A DNA stretch of 63,841 bases, the filler included, from Octopus bimaculoides (Eukaryota), in NCBI RefSeq assembly GCF_001194135.2. It is 4 parts of 4 records of this genome, joined end to end, with 100 filler letters (N's around TTAATTAATTAA, not from the genome) between each part and the next. Parts side by side here need not be neighbours in the genome. Positions count along the whole stretch, not along the records: positions 40,160 to 62,719 come from NC_068981.1; positions 62,820 to 63,841 come from NW_026380588.1; 2 more parts are not named here. The stretch is one strand, 5' to 3'. The notes beneath the pieces were generated by a model, which did not search any database, was not told the origin of the DNA, and worked only from the letters and a program-made list of their open reading frames with translations. A program made the position numbers and the translations under genes. Shown here in pieces: positions 56,331 to 63,841 of this stretch. The first letter of the stretch is position 1. Each line of letters starts with the position of its first letter.

Positions 56331-56821
56331 GCAAATTTATTTCTGAATTTATACTATACTACAATAGTATAAATTCTCCGGCAACTTTCTGTTTCTGGAA
56401 GAATTAGGGTGAGTTCCTATAAGTGTGAATAGTTTTGATTTCCGAACTTAATTGCTAACAGATTACATAGTAAGTTATCGGTCTGTAGTTAGAGACCTCC
56501 ACACAGTACCTTTCTGTTATCTAGTATTTGTCATTATATAATCAGTATTGACTCATCCCTAATCATTCGATCTGAAGCACCCCACCTCCGAAGACATTCA
56601 TTTGATGATTCAGTCAGCTCTTACCCGACGTTATTAATATTTTGCAGTCAGAAACCTTGTAGTCTGTCTGACACGGGTGTTTTCTGATTAGGTATTTTGG
56701 TAGCTTTTTTTGCCATACTGACATTTTTTTACTCTTCTTATTTTCTCATCTACTTTTATGTACTCAGCTTCCTTTCTTGCTCTCTTTCTCTCTATCTCTC
56801 TCTCTTTCTCTCTCTCTCTCT

Positions 56822-56869
<48 letters not shown>

Positions 56870-56954
56870 GTATGTGCGTGTCTGTGTCTGTGTGTATCAC
56901 TCCAAAACTTTCTACATTATTATGTCTCTCTACTCAAGCCTTTTTGTATTTTGA

Positions 56955-57310
56955 TATTTTAAGCAATCTCTTCTGATTATTTTGGAACAACTTATTCTTT
57001 CGGAACTGTCTATTATATTCTGATATCACTGTATTATAGTTGTGTTTAATGTCACTTTTTGCGCTAGTTCTCTTATTTCGGCATTTATTCTTCTCTTTGT
57101 CTAGTATTATAAAATGTCGTTCTTTTCTTAGCACACCTTCTTTAAGGAGCTGTGTTTGACACATCTCATGTTTTAAGCGCTTCAAGGCACACGTCTAAGC
57201 TTGTTTTCCACCAAGATATTCTCATGTCCGTCCTTGGTTTACTTGCTTCGTAGTGAACCTCATTTGCTACTGCTCTTGTAACAGCCACTTATAGATTATT
57301 TATCGTCGTG
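56955..57310 (-). mobile_element. R4/Dong-like LINE fragment upstream of RT
   Basis: YNRQFRKNKLFQNNQKR resembles the conserved N.LF..NQK.FY motif. Confidence 0.65.
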
Positions 57311-57321
57311 GTACATACCAT

Positions 57322-57530
57322 ATCTTTTATCTTTTACTTGTTTCAGTCCTCTCACTGTAACCAAGCTAGGGCACCACGTTGAAATATTTTTAATCCAATG
57401 AATTAATTCCAGCACTTATTTATTTTCAGTTTGGTATCTAATCTATGGGTCCCGTGCGACTGACCGCTAGGTCACAGTGCATAAATACACCATCACCGTT
57501 TAAGTAGTGTTGGGAGAACAATACATGAAA

Positions 57531-57583
<53 letters not shown>

Positions 57584-57770
57584 TGTGTGTGTGTGTATGT
57601 GTGCGTGTATATGTATGTATGTATATGATGGGCTTCATTCATTTTCCGTCTACCAAATCAACTGGCACGACTTTCGTCGGACTGAGGTTATGGTAGAAGA
57701 GATTTGCCCAACATGCCTGGAAGTGGGACTGAACCTTGAACTATGCGGTTTGGAAGCAAGCTTCTTTGTT
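57322..57770 (-). mobile_element. CORE-type SINE with an internal dinucleotide expansion
   Basis: Head 57628-57770, (TG)n on the plus strand, tail 57322-57520. Confidence 0.8.
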
Positions 57771-57899
57771 TCATTAAATTGGCTATAATAGTCTTACATA
57801 AAGAAAAAAGCTGCTGGTTGGACAAAGACATAATGTTATATGAGATGAAATGTGAAAATGATGATTAATGAGGGAAACAGACAACGCCCACCGATTGTT

Positions 57900-60175
57900 G
57901 TTTCCCGAAAACATTGTTCTCTTATTTATCATACGAGGCAATAAACCTCTTACAATTATTCATAATCGTTCATTAAAACACAAAAAATGATGGACTACGC
58001 CTCGTACCTTGGTTAAAAACAGAATGAGGTTTCAAACCTCTTATCAGTTCACAATATCGAGGCTTACCAACCTTTTACCCATAGTCCTCTTCAAATTCAG
58101 CATCGCTTGTGAACCCGTACCCAGCCATTTCCCACGCCTCACTCAAGCACAAAGTAGGTGATGTATCGGGGCCGCCAGGGACAAGCGACATTTCTCATTG
58201 AGCTTCTTTAGCCTTTGCAACACGGGCAACTTTATGCCCTCAACAGCTATTTGCGGAGGCCATTCGGGATCCCGTGTGCAGGTCAGAATTGCTCCCTGAT
58301 AGTGCTTCTCCAACACTTTCTCCACCTCTCCGCCCCTGTAGAAGAAGACAAGTAATTCTTCTCCTTTAGGGGACGTGGTAGTCACTTCCACCGTCGGTGG
58401 TACAATTCACACCTACGATGGCTCTTCACCCGTCGGTGACAAAACTCCCACTGACGAAGTTCCGGAACATTCCAGTATTGTGTTACCAACTGCTGGCAAT
58501 GTCCCGTTTCTCATTTTCTTCCTGTATTTTTTCCTCTTAACTAAGGAAGGGTGGGTTTCTTCCGTGACCGGGAGATCCGCCTCCCCTCCCTCATCCCTTG
58601 GATCCTTCGGTGAGCACCCATTGTTGCTCACCTTCTTCCTCTTGCGGCCCTTCTGTCAGGAGTCCTCCGCCTCCTTGACCGCCTCCCTTCCCTCTTCTAC
58701 AGAGGTCTCAACCAACTGTTCCAGGACCTTGCTTTGGTCCTGGGAGCAGTTCTATTTTATATGACCATGTTCCATACACCGGTGACATTTGGGAGGGGCA
58801 CCCTCAAGAATCACCGGACACCTGCACCCAGCCATAGTTAAAGAGTCTGGAAAGACTAAATCCTTTACTGATTGATTCCACAGGGTCAAAATAACTTTTG
58901 ACCCGACCCAATCAGCCACTGATGACAATTTAATATTATGGATCTTGGTGCTGCTGCCACCCAAACCCCGGCGGATAGTGTCCCTAATCCAGCCTTGTTT
59001 TAAATTCGGCGGCAACCAGCAAATCCAATCCCGCGTCAGTTTCATCCCACAATACGTGGGAAGAAACAAAATTTTATTGCCCTCCAGGGGCTGGCTCGCA
59101 AAAGTGCGAGCCTCCTCTGGGATGTCAAATAGCAACCAAATTGTTGCATATCCGACACCCTGGCAATAAACTTCACAGTTGGTAAATAGTCCTTCAACAC
59201 TTCTATTACTTCTTTGGAGAACACGGCGATGGCGTCGAGAACCTTCGAATATGTTCTCAACACCACCGTCTTCTCGTCTTGCTGTTTAAGCCTCTCTTTG
59301 GGTGGGATAATCTCACACTCCAAGACATTCTTTTTCACCATGCTTTTCTTCAACAAAAATTATGAAAGTAGAGAATTAAAAACAAAATTTAAAAACCTGT
59401 TAGAAAGACGACAACACAAAAGCATAAAGACAGAAAAGTTAAGAAGAAATGAGAAAAAACACTTCAACACGACGACAGTTCTTTGCTCTGTGATAGTTCA
59501 AATCACTGCAACAGCTTCCAACTAGGATAGCTGCCGCCACCCAAGCCACTTCTATATCCGGTGGAATTGCTTCTACCCTCACCTTGGAAGTCTTTCTTCC
59601 AAGGTATGTGGGCAGAAGCACTACTTCCTGTTTTCACTCTACACTCACCCGCCTCCTTGCCTCCTCTACTGGTCTAAATTGTACGATTATTGTGCCATAT
59701 TCTCTTCCTTTCGTCATGTATATTATTTCTTTCTACTTCTCCCTTAGCGCTTTTTCCGTTTCAGCTTCCACCTGCTCGGCCTTTTTCCCTTTTAGCGAGA
59801 ACCCCTTATAGGTGATCATTCTTCTTTCCATTCGCTCCATAATTCGTTTGGGGTGCGACAGCTTCACCTCCCCTCCCACTTTTTGTACCATCTTCTCATA
59901 TTCCTTCAGACCGGCCAAGCCCAACTCCCTTCGCTTCATCTCCGTGACCTCAGCGAAACTTCTTGCCTTCTCCAACGCACCGTCCATCTTCATGACCGCT
60001 CTTACCAGCTCCTCCTCTGGTGAAGACAAGTCAGACCCGCTAAAGTCTGAATACATTGTCTCTATCCTCGAAGCAGCCAAAAAAAAAAACAACGTCCGAC
60101 ACAAACGACAAACCAAATGCACTCTGGGTGACGCATGCGCGGAAGTAAGCTTCTTACCAACGGTCACGCTTCCTT
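57900..60175 (-). mobile_element. Probable retroelement carrying only ORF1/gag-like sequence (two paralogous modules and a CCHC knuckle); disrupted
   Basis: ORF-X from ATG 60056 and ORF-Y from ATG 59341. C-HR-C-MEHG-H-IK*N-C at 58746-58787. No EN or RT downstream. Higher GC than the flanks. Ends are approximate. Confidence 0.65.
60133..60146. promoter_or_regulatory. Overlapping NRF1-like (GCATGCGC) and ETS (CGGAAGT) motifs in the element's 5' region
   Basis: gacgcatgcgcggaagtaag, ~80 bp upstream of the ORF-X ATG; function untested. Confidence 0.45.
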
Positions 60176-60599
60176 TACTTATTGCCTTTCTGTTATATTC
60201 GCTAAGGTTAGCTGGCTTCCCAGTATTCGTTCAATTTCGCTTAATATTACATGTATTAATTTTATTTCGTTATTACCCTGAATATTCACCACATTCTCAA
60301 CTATATTTCAGTACATTCTTCGCTATGGTAGTTCAACACTTTCTCACTATATCCTTCATCATATTGCCCTTATATCCACCATTGTTCCTCAATGGTTTTT
60401 CTATTTCCTGTTTTATGTATTTTAATTCGGGATTCGATCGATAGTCATAATCTTTTGAGGTAGGTATTTGAACAGTCAGAATTGCTTTTGTTATATTACT
60501 GGAAATACGTATATCTTGCTCCTAACTCCTACTTCACCCATACCCTCACCTATTCGGTTCCACGATGAAATAGCATTTCATTACTAGTCTTTTCATTTC

Positions 60600-61300
60600 T
60601 TTCATTCAGATGATTTCAACTGTTTTTTCTTGTTTTTGTAGCACATTAATATTCTGCGCAGCCGTAGCTATTTGACATTTTATCCTACCGAAAAAAAAGT
60701 CCCTATTTGTAGTTATTTAAATGACGAACGACAGGGATCTGATTCGTATCAGATACCTGTCACCTTCAAACAACTTTAAGTCAAATAATACTATAACTGT
60801 GATAAACCTGAAACTGGAAGCTCCCACTTTCGAGATTAACACAAATATGATTTAATTTAACACTTCCAATAATGGTGAAGTTAATATATGATATTTTCTT
60901 TGTCAGAACATTTCTACGACAATTCCTTGTCAAGGCCACAGCGAGCTCATGTAATAGGCTTAACAGCAGCGGTAGTGCTGGCACTGGTACTTTTATTAAA
61001 ACCATCATCATAATATTGCGATTTCTTCCCTACTCTTATGAGTTGAGCTCTTCAAACCCCATATATATATTTGAGATATTTCCACTATTCCCGTTGTTAT
61101 TTCCGTTTTATCTTCATAACTGTCTATCATTTCCGACAATCTTATTATTTGCTGACTTCCTTAAAATCTTCAAGGATGAGAATAATTTTTCTTTTATTCT
61201 TTTCGTGATGTCCAGTATTATTTTCCAGTAGAGAATTGTCTCGTCTGCAATGGAGATATACATTAATATTGCAGCAACTTCTGTATCTCGTATCTGGAAA
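60600..61300 (-). mobile_element. Degenerate AP-endonuclease LINE fragment
   Basis: INVY...RKIILILEDFKE resembles the APE NVY(A)P...ILGDFNA motifs. Confidence 0.4.
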
Positions 61301-63404
61301 TATAACTTATGTCAAATTTTAGTTAGTTTATTCTAAATGCAGACAGTATTCATCTGAGGAGTTTCTTCCGCACGTTTTCTTGGATTAGTGATAGGTTAAG
61401 GTTATTATGAATATATTTTATCGCAATCAGATGTATATTATTAATACCTTTTAGATAGTTCATTGCATTTTGATGAGTTAAACATGTCTGTAATATGTCT
61501 TCTTAAATTAAGGTTTTATTTCTGTCTTGACAACCATTTGTAAACCCTCTTTTTAAAAGTCTAATCTAAGCTTTTTTATCAAACATGTTTTTTTTCTAAT
61601 CCGAGAAGGTGATTGACACAATGCGGAAGTAAGATGAAGTGTAAAGCAACATGTATAAGTCAGGATTATATTATGAACACGAAAACTTAGCCTATAGAGT
61701 AGCACACCGGGTAGTAACGACGGCGTCAGGTGTCGACAAACTGAGTCATATAGATGTGCCTGGGATCAGTCCGATCCATAACTGCATGAACTAGAAAAGA
61801 AACGTCGCACAGTAAAATATTATTTGTTTCACACACGATATTGAGATTATATGGATTTTATCACATTTCTAGGTAATCTGACATCAAGAAGATGTCACTG
61901 ACCCACAATACTACTCTCTTTTGAAAACGCTAGGGTCACATGTAAGGTTTGAACTCGATCATTTTTCCTGAACATAGTAATGCGCGCGAACGCCTCTTCA
62001 TGAAAATCATGATACATGATTCATCGGGTATAAACGATACCCAAATTTACCAGCTTGTCACTCGTTTCCCTCACTTTTTTGGCAGATTCCATTATTGACT
62101 TACCGTCTGGATGAAAATTGTGTGAGTTGTTGTGATATTGCTTTTTGAACGCTTTTGTTGACACTTTGTTATACTGCCTTGCAGCAATTGTTCAATTTAT
62201 TGTTTTCCGTTAAAGAGTGTTAATTGCTTTTTGAAAGCATTTGTCTTTTTTTCTTTTATTCCCCCGTTGTGGGGAATAATTATTTTAAAAAATCATGTGT
62301 GGCAACGCAGACAATAGTACGTCGGAAACGAGCCCAACGGAAAGCTCACCAACCTCACCAATGACACTCCAACCAATGGCGCCATAAGATTTTCCACGTC
62401 TCCCGAGTGAATCCACAATAAACAGCATTGTATCAACAAGGAATATAGCAGTGAAAAGTTTACAAAAGAAGAGAAAAAATTTTTGCAACAGCAGCCAGAA
62501 GTCTAACCCGGCAACTCAATACAGAAAAGGAAGAAATAAAAAAGTACACAAATATATTACAAAAAGAAGGAACCACGGTGAAAGTACAACCTCCAGAGAG
62601 AGTGTTAGAAGCAGAAAAAGAAAAACAATAATATACAAAATATACAATCTTAAAAGCAGAAAAATGGACAGAATGGCTGAAAAAATAAGTGTACATGTAT
62701 ATATATGAATATATGTATANNNNNNNNNNNNNNNNNNNNNNNNNNNNNNNNNNNNNNNNNNNNTTAATTAATTAANNNNNNNNNNNNNNNNNNNNNNNNN
62801 NNNNNNNNNNNNNNNNNNNATGTTGTTAGTTCTACATTATTCAGTGAGATCCTTTTTATTGTTTTGATATGGTAGTGTGATTTGGCTGCTATTTCAAGCA
62901 AGTTAGTGACAGCTATAGGCCCCCTTTGTTGGGAGGTTTTTTGCTGTGGTGATGAAATGAAGAAGTCTTTCAGTTTATGATATAATCAGTACTAGTAGTT
63001 GGAGGAGGGGGAGAACTTTCAAGGGTAGTTGCTCAGAGTAAAAACAGCTGGACGGATTTAGGATACTCTAGTCTTTTGCTTTCACTACTTATGAATGTAT
63101 TCTTTCTGATGACTGCTGTAACAGCATTATTATTAGATGTTACAAGGATAAAAAGGAGATGCATTAGCGAGAGGAATTTCAAGGTGCATTAAATGAGGAA
63201 TTTGCTAACTACATTGAGTGATTACTAGTAGAAAGAGCCACACTGAAGACTGTGCAGAACATTTTTAGATTGACTATGATGTAGTTTAGGTGCAAGAATG
63301 CAGAACAGCTGATGGAATATTTTGGGTAAGAATGCTGCAAGAAGTAAGTCTACTATGAAATTAGCTTGTAAACAACAAATGTTTCCCATTTTGATTTTGC
63401 CAAC

Positions 63405-63435
<31 letters not shown>

Positions 63436-63438
63436 CAA

Positions 63439-63482
<44 letters not shown>

Positions 63483-63715
63483 TATTAAGTCCTTTTGTGA
63501 TTAGGCAATGAACAAAATTAGATAAGAATAAATTGAGTGCTGCTCAACTTACATGAAAATGCTAAAGTTAGCGGTCAGAAACAGAATCAATATTAGGTTC
63601 CCTGTGAAATTTGATGAATTATACAATGTCTGTCCTTGTTCCATAATTGTTGCTATTTAATCCCTAGTCAATATTGCTCCAGCAGCTACACTACAAAAAA
63701 ATCTTTTCTAGTTGA

Positions 63716-63841
63716 CTCTTTTACTCTTTTACTTGTTTCAGTCATTTGACTGCAGCTATGCTGGAGCACCGCCATTTAGTCGAGCAAATCAACCTCAGGA
63801 CTTATTCTTTGTAAGCCTAGTATTTATTCTATCGGTCTCTT
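63716..63841 (-). mobile_element. CORE-type SINE 3' end
   Basis: ttttacttgtttcagtcatttgactgcagctatgctggagcaccgcc...ctatcggtctct. Confidence 0.9.

Noticed and set aside
60200-61300. APE-like LINE fragment as the missing ORF2 of the 57.9-60.2 kb element
   Set aside because: It lies 5' of the ORF1-like frames and is far more decayed; it is more likely the insertion substrate.
63290-63325. 36-nt microexon candidate (ag|VQECRTADGIFW|gtaag)
   Set aside because: Poor polypyrimidine tract, no recognised protein, and the surrounding sequence looks like a decayed element ORF.

Overview
AT-rich eukaryotic scaffold sequence with many N gaps and dense microsatellites. The SINE families look like those of octopod cephalopods, so Octopus is likely (from recall, not a search). 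I found no host protein-coding gene that I can support; most listed ORFs are microsatellite or N-gap artefacts, or pieces of dead transposons. The window is mainly decayed mobile elements: (i) three divergent families of R4/Dong-like restriction-like-endonuclease (RLE) LINEs, with family 1 next to (TAA)n; (ii) Penelope-like remnants and a minimal hammerhead-ribozyme motif; (iii) two TIR-bounded mariners plus maT, Tc1 and hAT remnants and two MITEs; (iv) many tRNA-derived SINEs. A local duplication of about 90% identity (estimated by eye) occurs in three permuted copies at 4.2-9.7, 19.4-23.9 and 25.0-27.9 kb. The most unusual object is a ~2.2 kb element at 57.9-60.2 kb (minus strand). It has two paralogous ORF1/gag-like modules, a CCHC knuckle, NRF1/ETS-like promoter motifs and no ORF2. 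All protein assignments come from motif recognition by eye.
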